Shown: piece by piece, positions 38,656-51,451 of the stretch
Layout of the letters: each line of letters opens with the position of its first letter
How positions within the stretch are numbered: position 1 is the first letter of the stretch
Source of the DNA: Bilabrum cf. latius
Taxonomy: Eukaryota
Assembly: GCA_965178125.1 (NCBI GenBank)
Contig: OZ237763.1
Location: 744,001-808,000, forward strand
Direction: 5' to 3'
DNA length: 64,000 nt
Position numbers and translations under genes: made by a program
The notes under the pieces: generated by a model
Database searches by the model: none
What the model was told of the DNA's origin: nothing
What the model saw: the letters and a program-made list of their open reading frames with translations, nothing else

Positions 38656-40377
38656 TCACCCGGTCACGCTCCCCCTCCTTCCCCTCCTGCCCCTCTGGCC
38701 GCGCGGCACCGCCACCAAATCACCCTCTGCCGCCCCCTCCTCCTGCGATGCCGCCGCCAGCCCTGCCTCCGCAGTGGCCTCCTCCCTCTCCGCCTCCGCC
38801 TCCCGCTGCTCCTTGCTCTCGCCATCACCCTCCTCCCTGCCTGGATCCGCGGCCGCTGCACCCCCCGTGGCTGCCCCCAGGCCCTCGTCCCCCTGCCCAT
38901 CCTCCCACCGCCTGTACCCTTCCAGCCGTGCCCGGTACAGATCGTCCTACCCAGGCCTCGCGGGCAGCAGCCTCAGCAGAGTCGCCCTGTCCATGGCCAG
39001 CAGACGGGCGTCCGTCGAGGCAGTCACCGTGGCTGCCCTGATCCCCCCGCCTAGCAGAGCCAGTTCTCCGAAGCACGACCCCTTGCGCAGGGGAGGGCAG
39101 CAGGGACCCGCCCCCGCACCACCGTGCGATGCACCCTCCCGCTCGGCCATGAGCTCCCCCCTCTCCACGATGAAGCACCTCGCCCCCGCGTCCTCGGCCG
39201 CCTCCCCCTCCCTCAGCACGACGTCGCCCGCCCGCACGTCCACGGTGAGCAGCGAGTCCGCGGCGGCCGCCAGCTCGGGCTCAGTCAGCGACTCGAAGAG
39301 GTCCAGCTCCCGCACGAAGGACATATTGAGCTCCCTCCGGCGGCGGGTCATCCCCACGACCACCTGCTTGAAGGTGGCCCGGTCCAGTCGCCAGCAGGAG
39401 CCCGCCACCGCCCCTCGGACCGTCGCCGCCCTGGGTGCGTCGTACAGGAGGGCCAGATCTCCGAACCCCGCCCCTGGGCCCACCTCCAGAACCTTCCCCG
39501 CGCCCTCCACGAACACGTCGCACCGACCGGTTGCAACCAAATAGTAGTAGTCCCCCGCGTCTCCCTGCCGGATGAGCTCCTCGCCGGCCTCGAAGGGGCA
39601 GGCCTCCATCGCGTGGGCAAGCACCCGCCGCTGCTCCTCTGCCAGGCCTCCGAACAGCGCGTTGGAAGCGAGGTGTCCCAGGATGCTCGCCCAGTCGCGG
39701 CGGCTCTTTTCCACCACGGGAGGCACCCAGGCATCGTCCAGCTCGGTGCCTGTGTCAAACACGCTCCCGCGGCGCTTGCCCCGCCTGGCCCTTGCACGCA
39801 TCTTGGCGGCCTGCTCCTCGTCCACCACGTCGTCTGATGCCGCAGTACCGCTGCTAGACGACCGACCCTGTGCAGCTTCAGCCCCTCCCAGCGCAGCGGC
39901 TGCTGCCAAGGCGGCCGCCTCGGTCTGCTGCTCGGTCAAATCAGCCATGCCAGCGGCCTGGCCGTCTGCCGCACTCCCATCGCCCTCGGCAAGAGCGTGC
40001 GCCGCAACAGCCGCAGCAGCGGCCGCCTCCATGTCTGTTGGGTCGCCTGCTTGACCTGGAAGCTTGTATTCAGTAGCGCCTACCGCGGACGCTCGTCGGC
40101 TTCGTCGCTTCAGCTTGGCCCGGCGTTCCGCTTCTGCGGCTTTCTTCTCTTTCGCAGTCTCGAGCGTAGCTAAAACTGCCTTTTCGATTTCAGCTGCGCT
40201 GTAGTCATCCGTTGCGACTCCTTTCTGCACCAAGGCCATTTTCTTGAGCTCGTGAGCCAGCGCAGCGACCGCAGCTCTGCCCTCTGGTTTCGGTCTCTTC
40301 TTCAGGAGAGCCTGAATGCCTTCATCCAAGGCAGTCTTGATTTCGGGGTGAGATTCCAAGAGTCGACTGAGCGCCAT
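38656..40377 (-). CDS. cAMP-dependent protein kinase regulatory subunit (two cyclic-nucleotide-binding domains), 573 aa
   Basis: N-terminal docking-like helix region, KRRGSV inhibitor site, CNB-A (LIRQGDAGDYYY...FGDLALLYDAPRAATV) and CNB-B (FGELALLGGGIRAATV). Reads through TAG 38947 to TGA 38656. Confidence 0.88.
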
Positions 40378-40685
40378 CGCTTGGCACGCTTGGAAATGAT
40401 CGTTGCAGCGCAGCGTGCGCGCAGCGTGTGCCGTTGACGGATTCGTCACAGCCGATGATCCGACCGGAAAGTAGAGGAGAACTCCTGTCAATTGATCTCA
40501 TGTCGTGGTGTTTGATACATTTGATGTTTCAATGAACCGTACATATGGCTTTGGAGCAGTCACCTGCAGGATGCATGCCACTCCAAAAACCAGTATAACC
40601 AAATCATGCATGGCGGTCCAGTATGCCCCCTGCTGCCCCGTATCAGGCACTGTACGTGTCCTGAGAAAACCAGATAGGATCTCAA

Positions 40686-41451
40686 TCACTCAGCAGCGGC
40701 TGCTGCGCCACCAGCAGCACCACCAGATGCCTTCTCCACGCGCTCAGTGCGAGAGGCGTTGCGAAGGGCAGCCTCCTTGGCCTGCTACTGCAGCTTCCTG
40801 CGGCTCTCCGCTGCCTTCTCGGCAGCCTCGGCCTCAGCGGTGAACTTCTCGTGGAAGAACATCAGCGCCCGGGTCTGCGAGGTAGGAGTGGCTATCGGCG
40901 AAGGCTCAGGTCGATCCAAGTGCCGCGGTGACAAATGCGCCGTGCCGCAGTGGACCAGAGGCGGCACTCGACACATGCACAACAATATTAATGGTAGCCA
41001 TGGACATGCAAAGGAGGGTCGTCCCCTTCGATTGAAGCAGCGTGGCGCTAGCAAGCCGAGACTTGGAGATTTGAGTCGCTCGCGAGGTGATGCGTCTGTT
41101 CAAACTCACGAACTTGTACAGGAACACGCCGACGGCAACGATGAACAGGATGGAGATCACCGGGACGATACCCTGACCCCTGGGTCCGGAGGCGATAGCA
41201 CCGTCGTCGTTCCGGTTCTTGTTGGTGTACCCGAAATCGACCTCAGTTGGGACCACAAGTCCAAAGAAAAGCCCGATAGCTAGGAGCAAGTTAAAGATGG
41301 CACCAAATTCGCCGCAAGTCGCAGCGCCGCAGGTTGTCTGTGTCGACCAGTGATTGTACCCATCCGAGAATTTCTGGCAACAAACCTCGCACGCGCCCGG
41401 CTCTTTCTTGCCGGATTTGCTTGACTTTGCCGCAACGACTCCGCTCGACAT
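40686..41451 (-). CDS. Small two-TM membrane protein with Cys-rich N-terminus and coiled-coil tail, two exons (41451-41110, 40874-40686), 176 aa
   Basis: Two hydrophobic segments. The intron joins VFLYKF|TRALMFF. The tail contains CAG-TAG-CAG (KLQ*QAKE) and ends in TGA. Confidence 0.7.
40875..41109 (-). other. Spliceosomal intron (235 nt, phase 0)
   Basis: TTC|GTGAGT donor and CTCGCAG|ACC acceptor; lower GC than the flanking exons. Confidence 0.7.
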
Positions 41452-41992
41452 TTCCAATCTGCGAACATGCACACTAGGGGTGGTAAATGAGGGCAAAGAG
41501 AAGCGTTCGCAGCCTTGCCGCAACTTGCAGACGGCACAGTGTGCAACGGCACGAACAGTAATAGAAACTCCACGCAAAACTCAGCCCCGCCGCACCACGA
41601 ACGGGTCAATATAACTCAGGAATATCGCTATTACCCCTCAGATTGCACATGCTTCAACCCAGTTTACACCAAGCCAGGCCAGATACTGAGCGCGCTATTC
41701 GGTTCACCGCAGCTTGCACCCAAACAACAGGATAGTAGCACCGCGCGATTAAGCCCGCGGGATATTCACTCAAATACAAAGACACCAACGCGCGTACAGC
41801 CAACGCATGCCTCACGTAGTCAGCAGAAGGTGCTTTCTACGAATCATCGACGTCGACTACCGGAAATCCCTTTTTTGTAATGTACACGTCACAAATAATG
41901 CAAGGCGAAATGCTGTGCTCAGTTCGCAACGCCTCAACCAGATGCGAGTTAGTACCACAAACTGTTATTAATATTTGCATAGTGTTCCATCC

Positions 41993-44900
41993 ATGCTCCA
42001 AGCGCTACCTTTCCCTCGGCATGGTGCGGCACTGCACGAGACTTTCATAAGCTTGGAGGAGCTCATGATGGAGCAACTCCCGTGCAGGGCATGCAGGGCA
42101 GTTCTCGTCTTTGTTTCTCAAGCCGAGAAACAACGTGCTCCAATTGAATAGAGGCTTGGGGAGTCCGCGTCGACGTATGTGGCGTGCTTGCGCAAAATGC
42201 TCGCCAGTCGCACATCAACGTCCAGAGGGTTGGTATTCAACGGCTGCCTGCTTGCCGCGATAGAGTACCTGAAAGATTGTACTTGCTAGGCTTCAGGTGG
42301 GGCGTACTAGGAGGGCAAAGCTATTGTACTGGCAGCTTCGACAGAGTGGTACATCGATCATATAGCATGGTAGCGAACACCCGGCACGGGTGCAAGGAGC
42401 TTATTGCATGGAGAGTCGGATCCAAAGAGGACGGATACAGACGCTAAGATGCAAGAGAGAAAGCATCTTCATGGCTTATATCACGCATTCTCGTGTATAG
42501 GGGCAGGCATGCTGGTTCGGCCGAAATTGACTGCCGGGAGTCTCGAGCAGTACCCGTGGGCTTCCGCAGCTCGATTTGTGTGTCGCTATATCAAGGGTAA
42601 AACTGCCAAAAATAACGTGGGACGGCGTCAAAGCGCACCGAAAATGGAGGACGGTTCCATCACTTCTGTCGTAGCCAGCTCCGAATCAGGGCTTGCCAAG
42701 AAACCACTCAGAATAGCCAGCACTAACGCACGTTGCAGGACGAGGGACCCCCTGCTGTAGAGTTCTGCCCTTTTGCGCAATCTAGAGCGCGGTTTGTCCC
42801 AGAGCTCGCAACAAAAGCATCGACTGTCCCAATCGTAGGTAGCAAACAGGAGACAATTGGGTTGGCAAGCCCAGGACCAGCTGCGACATTCCCCAGCGGT
42901 AGGCCGTCGAAGTCTGGAAGCAACATCGGGTATAGAGGCAAACTCCGAGTCACTGTCCCCGTCCAGCGGAATTTAGCCAGGTCGCACTGTGTGCGGTTTT
43001 CCCGAGGCTGGCACAGCTGGCCAAACACACATCCGTCAGTGGCAGAAATCTTCGCATACCCCCAACAATGAAGTCGATGCGAGCCTTAGAAGCTAGATGC
43101 TGCATTGGTAGGGCCGCACAACTACCTCTTTCGCCATCGAAGCCCAGCCTGGCAACCCGAGCTTGGAACAGACTTGGATCGCGAACGACTTGGTATACTT
43201 GAGAGCCACCATTCGACCAGAGACAAGCGGCGTTGGCCCCATAAACGCTAATACCGCGATGGATTGCGCTGTATTGTAGGTGCGCTAGGCTATCGACATG
43301 GGATCGGATGCTGTTGCTACGTCTCGTGACAGGCGCCGGCGCGCCGATGGCTTCCTCCTCGCGGCAGACTACGATGAGGATAGAAGCTATGTGGGCAAAC
43401 TGGACGCATCTGAGGATGGCAGGGGCGCAGTGGCGCGCAGAAGCAGTGGCAGCAAATCTGCAGCTGGCCCCATGTCTCCCTCGGCGGCGGCAGCAAGCCA
43501 GGGGTAGGTCGAGAAGTACCCGGCAGCGGTGCAGCGTGCCTCCACTGCAGCCATTGAATAGGCGGAGCTAGCCAGGGAAAGTGCTGCGCAGTGGGCGAAA
43601 GAGGTGGATGGGGCAGCGCTGCAGGCGGTAGAGGCGTGCGAGCAGCTGCGCGCAGACCTGGCAAAGGCTGCTATGTGGGTGCCTCGAGGGCTGTAGGAGG
43701 AGGACGAGGAGGCGCTGCGGGGCACCTTTGCAGCGGGGCCACGGCTCGCCCTGATCGGAGCAACTGCTCTACCGCGTGGACGCTTGCATGAAAGCAGACC
43801 GAAAGGAGAGGGCCAGGCGGCCTCCTCTCAGAGCCGGGCGAGAGCAGCCAGTGGTGAGGAGGAGGTGGAAGAGGAAGAGGAAGAGGAAGAGGAAGAGGAA
43901 GAGGAAGAGGAAGAGGAAGAGGAAGAGGAAGAGGAAGGTGGGGAGGTGGGCTTACAGGAATAGACAGGGCGGTCCAGCAGCACATCAGAACAGCTTGACA
44001 TCATCACCAACTGGAAAACTCAAAGGGGGCATGCGCTTGGTGCAGACATCTCTCGCCAGGGTCCTACGGCTCACCTGCACGCCATCCGGCAAGGCGTCCT
44101 GCTCGCGTCCCAGGGCCTGTCCAGCGAGAACACGGGGATAGCCGTGCACGGCATTGCGGCGGCTCTGCAAGAACTGGCCACAGCCGAGTTGATCGCGGCC
44201 CAGCTGCTGCTGGAGGTGTGCGAGTGGAGGGCTCGGCTGGTGCTCGTGAGGGAGCTGCGGGAGGGGCAGCGGCGGGCGGAGGGCAGCGGGGAGGCGGGCC
44301 AGGAGGACGCCGAGTCGGTGGCGGGGTCCATTGCAACAGATGCAAGGGGCGGGGGCGCGAGGATGGCGCGAGGGCGCGGCATCTCCAGCGCGTGGCGGGC
44401 TGCGCTGTCGGCAAGAGTCGCTCGATTGCGCGTGGAGCTGGCTGCGGTACACGCGCGGGCAGCGGCGCACTGCGTCAGGAGGGCTCGCTTGTTCTCGCTG
44501 CTCTGCATGCAGCTGGCGGGTGCTGGCGTGAGATCCCTTACCTTGCATGCACGGGTGCTGGTGGTGGGCAGCATGGGCACAGTGCCAATCGTGGCGCTGG
44601 GCCAGTCCGCAGTGGGGGCGCGAGCCACGCAGGCGGGTCTTGCAGGGAGCGGTGCTGGGGAGCGGGCTGCGGAGGGGTCCAGCAGGACGGAGATGCGAGC
44701 TGCTCGAGAGGGCAGGATGTGGCTGATCGACCCCGCGACTGGCGCCCTGTGGTCTCGACAGGCGCGTGTTGCAGCTAGGCACGCTGTCCTCGCAGCTCGT
44801 GCTCGAGGTAGCGGTGATGATGGCGCAGCCAGTGGCAGCGGCACAGCAGCCCCTCTGGATTGGTCGAGCGAGCAGCTTCACGTGTCCATCGAAGACCTCA

Positions 44901-47900
44901 TGCAGGGCCAGTTGACTCGCATCGAGATGCTCCCAGAACCTGTGCGGATGGACGGGAGTGCAAGCGCGCATTCGGAGGAGGGTGGCAGGGCGGCAGTTGA
45001 GGCCGCCGCTTTGCTCCAGGAAGAGGCAGATGCTTCCAGCCTCTGTCGCGACATGCTGCTCGGCGACAGCACCCTGTCTCCTGGAGATTGCAGGCTGCTT
45101 GTGAATCGGAGGAGGAGGGGGACTGGGCAAGGTCACGCGGAGCTGCAGCTGGCGATGAGTGCTGCTTCGGAGTTCTCCATGGTCGCTGCAGTAGGCGGGG
45201 CGCGGGGTCGCTCGGGTATAGTCCCCGATGCGCTGGACTCTGCAGAGGCATGTGGCCGGTACATGGACGCCCACACAGAAGGACCTAGCCTTCCCGTGGG
45301 CCGGTTGGCTCTAGTTGACCTGCAGCCGCTGGCTGTGTCCAAGCTTCGGGCCGCACTGCGGGATCTGGACTGGAGCGGGGATGGGCGCGTGGACGAGCCG
45401 GCACTGCGTGAGCTGGGCCTGGGACACGGGGCGCGGGGCAGGGTGGGGCCCAGGCTGCTGGCGTGGATCACCACCACCAAGGGTGAGTTCGGGGGCATCG
45501 TGCGAGCCATGGTCTAGGGAGCTGCAGCTGCCAGCGCCCGCGAGGACGCCATTGCGCAGGCCGTGGATCTGCCCGGCCTGATTCGCATCGTGCTGTGCCT
45601 GGCCACGCAGGCACCGAGAGGCTGCGCCAAGGTGCTACTGAACGCAAGAGCAATCCGACTGGTGGGTCATGCAGGCGATAGTCAAGATGCAGCAGAGCTG
45701 AGGCGGCCGTATGCTGATTTGGCCGTTTGGCTCCGCGCGCAGGATTCTGCACCAGGGGGGCATGTACCAATAGATCCAGAGGGCCCAGCGGCCTCCATTC
45801 GGAGCGGTACGGCCAATTTGGCCCAGGACGAGGTGCTGGATGCTCAGCACAGCGTGAGCATTGCTCTGTTCGGTGTTGCCCCGTCGCAGTTAGCCCATCT
45901 CCTGACCATACCTCATGCAAGTGCGCAATCAGACCCCATCGGTGAGCTAAGGACTAGCGGCCTGGCTCGCTGGTCATCGACCGGACTGGCAGCTTCACTG
46001 AAGCGAAGGGCACGTTCAAACACCGGTGATGGCAGGGATTTTACGGAAATAGCAGCTGGGTCTTCCGCCGAATCCGGACTCAGTCCCAACTCTGGAGCAG
46101 GCGCAAATGGCCAGCCCGCACCGTCCGAGGGGACCGCGATTCAGTCTAGGAGAGCAGATTCGTCAAGCAGCGCGATATCCAGCGAGTCGCACGACTCGGC
46201 CGCCAGTGATGCAACCAAAGAGCTGGCGCGCGCGGCTGCAGCCAGCCGTAGGCTGCTAATCACCGCCGGGGTGCGACCCTCGAAGGCGAAGACCATCGCG
46301 GCAAAAATGACCGCTCAGCTGGACGAGGCTGGTGTTCGCTGGCGCTCCCTAGCCGCAGATGTGCAGATAGGCACGTTTGGGTCAATCACGGTGCTGCCAG
46401 GTGGTGCGCCGCACCTTGGCTCAACCCAATCCCCTGCGCTCCTCGAGCACGTCTTGGTTCTCGAGGCGCTGAGGCCAATTGTGCCACTGGGCTCCAGCGC
46501 ACATCCAAGCGACGTGCTGCTGGGAGTTGAGACCACTGCGACCTTCCCGCGCGACCGCCGCCTGCAGCGCAACCGGCTGGAAGTGCCCGATAGCCTGGAC
46601 CGGTTTGCCTTCCAGCAACAGCCGCGTCTGACTTCCAGCTACCACGCGCCTAGAGCCTGTAGGTTTGTTATCACGCAAGCGGACGGGCAGACTTTGTTCT
46701 GCACCGCCATCGTGCTGCACGTCCCCGCCGACCCAAGGCAGCTGGTAGCACACGCCGCAAACCAGATGCGGCAGGGAGTCGCTCGGTCGCTCCAGCACAG
46801 GGGTCATGCCCCGGGCCATGCCGGTGCCACTCCGCTGGGTTCTCACTACTCCATACCCATCTGGCTGCGCCAGGCGTTGCAGCGGGGAGCCGACGCAGGG
46901 GCTGAAGGCAGGGGGGCTCGCCTGTGGCGGCCTGTGGCAGTGGTAACCACGTCTCGCTCCAGGCAGTGGGACCTGCAGAAGATGGTGTTGGCGGATGCGT
47001 CCATGATCTTGGCTGTTGCTGGCACTGCGTCGGAGCAGGCCCTGAATCCAACAGATAGTGCACGAGACGCGACGAGTGGAAGGGAGCGACAGGCCGCTGC
47101 AGCAGCCCTCGCGCTGTCTGTTGCCTGCGAGGCCGTGTGCCAGCTCCCTCTCGCCATGCATATGCCAGCCGCAGGCACCACATGGCGGCTGCGCGGGCTA
47201 TTTTCAGACATTTACATAGGGCAGGACCGCCAATCTGCGCATGCTGGTCCCCGGGACCAGACCGACAGCCTATAGCTCCCGGGCTCGCTTCGAGGCCCTG
47301 GTGGCCGGCTCGAAGACTGTGGGCTGCTGTCCGTCTCACTTGCCCCGCTCGTGCTGTACTTGCGGCCCACCGATGTGATCCTGGCGTGGCTGCTCCTGGT
47401 GTGCGAGCGCAAGGTTGTGGTGTGCGGCTCGTGCAGCGAGCATGTTGTGAGCACATGCGAAGCGCTGCTGTCGCTGCTGCACCCGCTCCGGTGGGTCGTC
47501 AGCTACGTGCCAAGCCTGCCGCCGGCCTTGATCCACATCGTAAATGCGCCTAACCCTTACTTGATCGGCTGGAATGGGTCCGCCGACGAGATTTTGCTGG
47601 AGAGTGGGTAGGACCCGCCCGCCATCCTGGACATGGACGTGGGGGAGCTGGTCATCGACACCGAGACCAAGAGCCAGTACCGATTGCCGCAGCACATTAT
47701 GAAGGGGCTAAAGAACTCGCTTGACTTTGCCGAGCCCAGGGACGCAGCGCAGAGAGCTGGACAGCAAGCAGCTCGCGCCGTGGGTGTACGTACTGAAGGC
47801 GGTAACGAGACGAGCTCTAGCAACAGGCACGGGGCCGCTCAGCTGAGTGCGCTTGGGCTCATTCGTGGGGTCCGTGCGGATAGAGGGGGCGAAAGGGGTT

Positions 47901-50900
47901 CTGCTGTAGCGCCAGCTTTGCTTGTAGTGGCCATCGCGAAAACTCTCTCAGCGAATGCCAAGGCATTGATATCGGCTAGACAGGCTACGACAGAGTCAGT
48001 GGCTGATCGCAAGCCGCATGAAGGTACAGGTCCCGCGGGCGCCAGCAGGCTGTGCATGTTGGCAGCAAGCACTAGCACGCGGGGGTTCAAGGCGTGCGGC
48101 CACCCGAGTGACCGCACCGTTGAGGTGCAGCAGTAGGAATCGCCACAGCAAGAGGGTCGGCCAGAAGCCACCCCGTCAGATGTGCCACCTTTGCTGAGCG
48201 CTACCCCTCCAATAGACAAGCTACCAGCCACCGAGGACGTCTTTGTGCTGCTTCCTGGAGGAGCTGCGGTGGGGCTAGGACCAGCGTCAGTCGCGGAGTC
48301 ACCGAGCCCACCTGGCGAGCTCGAACCGCACCAAGGTCGCCGCGAGGTCAGGCAGACACAGTACAGCACGGCGTGGCAGGACGACCAGCTGCTGCCGCCC
48401 TCGCTGGAGAGAGGTATCCGGTCAGGATTCTGTGCCGCCCTCCTGGCCCTGCTGTCCAAGGCCTTAGGGCACGTGAGTATCGTTGACATGGGGCGCACCG
48501 CCGCTGCGGGAGGCAACAGTGAGGAGCCGCAAGCTGGCACAGTATTCGCGCAATGCCAGCTGGCATCCGCGTAGCTGCTGGCTGCTTGCACTTCATCTGC
48601 GGAGCGATTTCTGTTCGAATCGGTGGCTGGCTCGCAGATGTTCATGGACATGCTGCAGGAGGCGGTGCGCCCGGCGCACAGGCCCACCACGAGGATGATG
48701 CGCAAGGCCACCATGGTAATCAGGGGTGCTCCTGGAAACGGTGCCCCCGGCGGTGCAGGAACAGGGGATCGCCCGTTGCCGGTGATGGTTGGATATGGGC
48801 GTGCCGATGGCAGGCTGGTGGCTCCGAGCAGTCCTGGCCACTCGACCGACGAGGACGACGGCGCGGTCCTTGCTGTTCTGCAGCCGTGGTTTGTCGAGCT
48901 AGTGAGGACAGCGGCACGGGGTTCCAAGCAGGCAGGTCCAGCCCCTGGCATCACCGCCCCCGGCTCGCTCCTGTCACTCCCGTGGCTCAAGGCGAGCTCG
49001 AGGTCATCTGTCATGGCTGTGAGGACCAGGCAGGACTCGCCGCAGTCTGCGGCTGAAGCGGGCGCTGTCTCGCACCAGAGACACGCCAGCCCCCTCCCAG
49101 CTGGAGCAGGGACTACGCCCAGACTCGTGGGTTCACCGGACACAGATTGCTCCTCGCCCCAGCGAGCGGGCCCAGGGACGCCAATCGCGGCTGGGTCGAT
49201 GAGTCCACCGGTCATTGACGTTGATCTGTTGGGGGCTGTGCCGGATGCGGTGCTGCAAGCCCTTGCATGGCAGCCACCCGCGACTAGTGCCGGCCAGTGG
49301 GACACTGCGAGTAAGCAACGTGGACTAGCCTCTCAACGACAGCCAGCTGGGGGATCGCAAGCGCAGGACAGCACGCTACGGTCAGCTTCGACGAGGGGCA
49401 TGCAGCTGGGACGCAGCAGCAGGCGTGCAGTGGGGTACCCGCATGGTGCGGCCGGGGCCCGTGCCCTTCGATCCACGCCGCTGCGCGCCTCCCAGTCTGC
49501 CCGCAGCGTTCTGGCAGGCAGGCACTCCGCTACCCCCACACGTCATACGGAGCTGTCTCGGTCCAGCGAAGGCGTGTTGCCTCCAGAAGCCGGGACTCCC
49601 ACGTCGCGACAGGTGCTTGCCCCTGCACCATGGACTCCAATGGCTACCGCTGGGCATGCGGCAGCTTGGTCCGAGGGTAACGATCATGAAGTGGGTCATG
49701 TAGACAGGGAGAGCAGCGGTGGCGGAGAGACCGCACCCGCTGGGGATGGAGGGGCGCCTGACCCTGACAGTGGCCCTGGAGTCGGAGCGGGGCATCAAGG
49801 AGACGCAGTGGGGGGCTCGGATGGCGGGCATGCCTCGCGCTCCATGCAGGGAGCAGGGCCCAAGATGCTTGCTCGGTCACCGAGCACGGCCCGTGTGGGC
49901 GGATCCTTCCGAGTCCTGGAAGCAGCAGCAGCAGCGGCCCCCACGGATGGCATGGGCTCCGGCGACGACGACAGCGAGGACGAAGGTGAAGACGACCACG
50001 TGATGGCGGTCGATGATCATTCGCATCTTCTGGACTGCGGACAGCGAGGTGACCCGCACCCGCACCGGCAAGGACGCGGCACAGGGCCAGCACGCACGTC
50101 AGGTGCAGCAAGGGGTGGAGCCGCTGCTGCAGAGGCGAGGCAATCGCAGCATGCCCAGGCGGCCGCAGATCAGCAAAGAAGGCACTTGCAGGTGGAGGTC
50201 TAGGCGGAGGTTGGGATGGGAGCTGGCGATAAGGGGCATGCGCGGGGCCGTTCCACCTCTGCACAGCCAAGCCAGAGCCCGGATGGAGATGCGCCCTATT
50301 TGGCACCTCACATTAGTATTGGCCATGCCCAGGCGGCAGCACTGGAGCAGTGGGAGCAAGCTGCCGTGGGGTCCACCGGGCCACTGTCCCCCGGAGAGGA
50401 AACAGCTGGAGGCCTCTCCGTGTCTGGTGCTGGTGCTGGTGCTGGTGCTGGTGCTGGTGCTGGTGCTGGTGCTAGCATTGTCGGCTGTACCGCTGGGCGC
50501 GCTGTCAGACACGTGGGAGCCAGTGCTGCCTTCGACGCGGGGCACGGGTCTGGTTCAGGGGAACTCGCCACGATCGCAGAGCAGGCAGAGGCGGGAGAGG
50601 GCGCGGGCGAGAGCGAGGGCGGTGTGGATGGCGTGCTGGGCATGGTGGCCCCGCGCACGGCCCCCAGCAGCCCCATGACGATGGCCCTGCGGCAGCTGGA
50701 GATAGGTTTCATGGAGGGCGGGCCCAGGGGAGTGGATATGGGGAGCGCTGCCACGGCCAGCTCGGCGAGCGGCAGGGGCGAGGGCAGGGGCAGGGGCAGG
50801 GGCGAGGGAGAGGATGTGGATGTGCAGGGTGACGGGAGTGGGGGCCGCACTGGGAGCGGGCCCAAGCGAGGCAGTCTTGGGATGCAAATCGGGCGGAGGC

Positions 50901-51076
50901 AGAGATCAGACACACAGTTCGCTGTCTCTGAAGCTGGCCGCAGCCTCAACCCCCCGGAGGAACATATGCATGGCCAGGGCATGGAGTAGAAGCAGGGCAG
51001 GACCTAGGTCTAGGTACCTGATCCGATCCGGATAGACAGCCATGGGTGCGGGGGCTCTGCTGAGCCGGGACAATGA
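41993..51076 (+). CDS. Giant DENN-domain protein (putative Rab GEF), ~3027 aa
   Basis: One frame open for 9 kb with about 24 TAGs and no TAA/TGA until 51074. uDENN (LLEHVLVL..TFP..LDRFAF..FVITQADGQTLFCTAI), cDENN (LLVCERKVVV...EALLSLLHPLRWVVSYVPSLP..IVNAPNPYLIG) and dDENN (IRSGF...SQMFMDML) occur in order across TAG-broken ORFs. The 5' end is uncertain (possible short upstream exon from ATG 41898). Confidence 0.8.
43868..43936 (+). repeat. (GAAGAG)n microsatellite encoding poly-Glu
   Basis: Directly visible; in frame in the DENN gene. Confidence 0.9.
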
Positions 51077-51451
51077 TTCGAGATTTATGCAATGAGCTTG
51101 TACGAGGTTTTACGATCATGATGCGCGCAAGCATGCAGTAGGATAGTGTGCAGCGCTTGATCGTTCAACAGGTTGCGAAGATGAAGACAGGGCAGGGCTC
51201 AAGCGTGCTTGATCATCGCACCGTTCAACACAAGCCTAGAACGCTTCAAAACTAGCATCTTGCTTGATTAGGCTGGTCTCTAGTACTTGCGTCTGCTGTG
51301 GATCAAGGAAAAGCCGGCCTGTATCAAAAACGTGGCAGCTGGATTGTGTAGCCTATCGGTTACGCACTTTCATCCAGGCAAGAGTCTGCTGCATCTTGCC
51401 CCTGATCGTCACCTCCTTGCGAAGCAAGACTGGATTGAGTACTCTTCGGAG

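Noticed and set aside
32751-40377. Functional kinase/PKA-R gene pair
   Set aside because: The kinase is MAST/Greatwall-like rather than a PKA catalytic subunit, and convergent adjacency in a dense eukaryotic genome is weak evidence of linkage.
41500-43300. Lower-GC island suggesting a mobile element or foreign insertion
   Set aside because: No terminal repeats or transposase motifs are present. From 41993 onward it is an open frame under TAG=Gln, continuous with the DENN gene.
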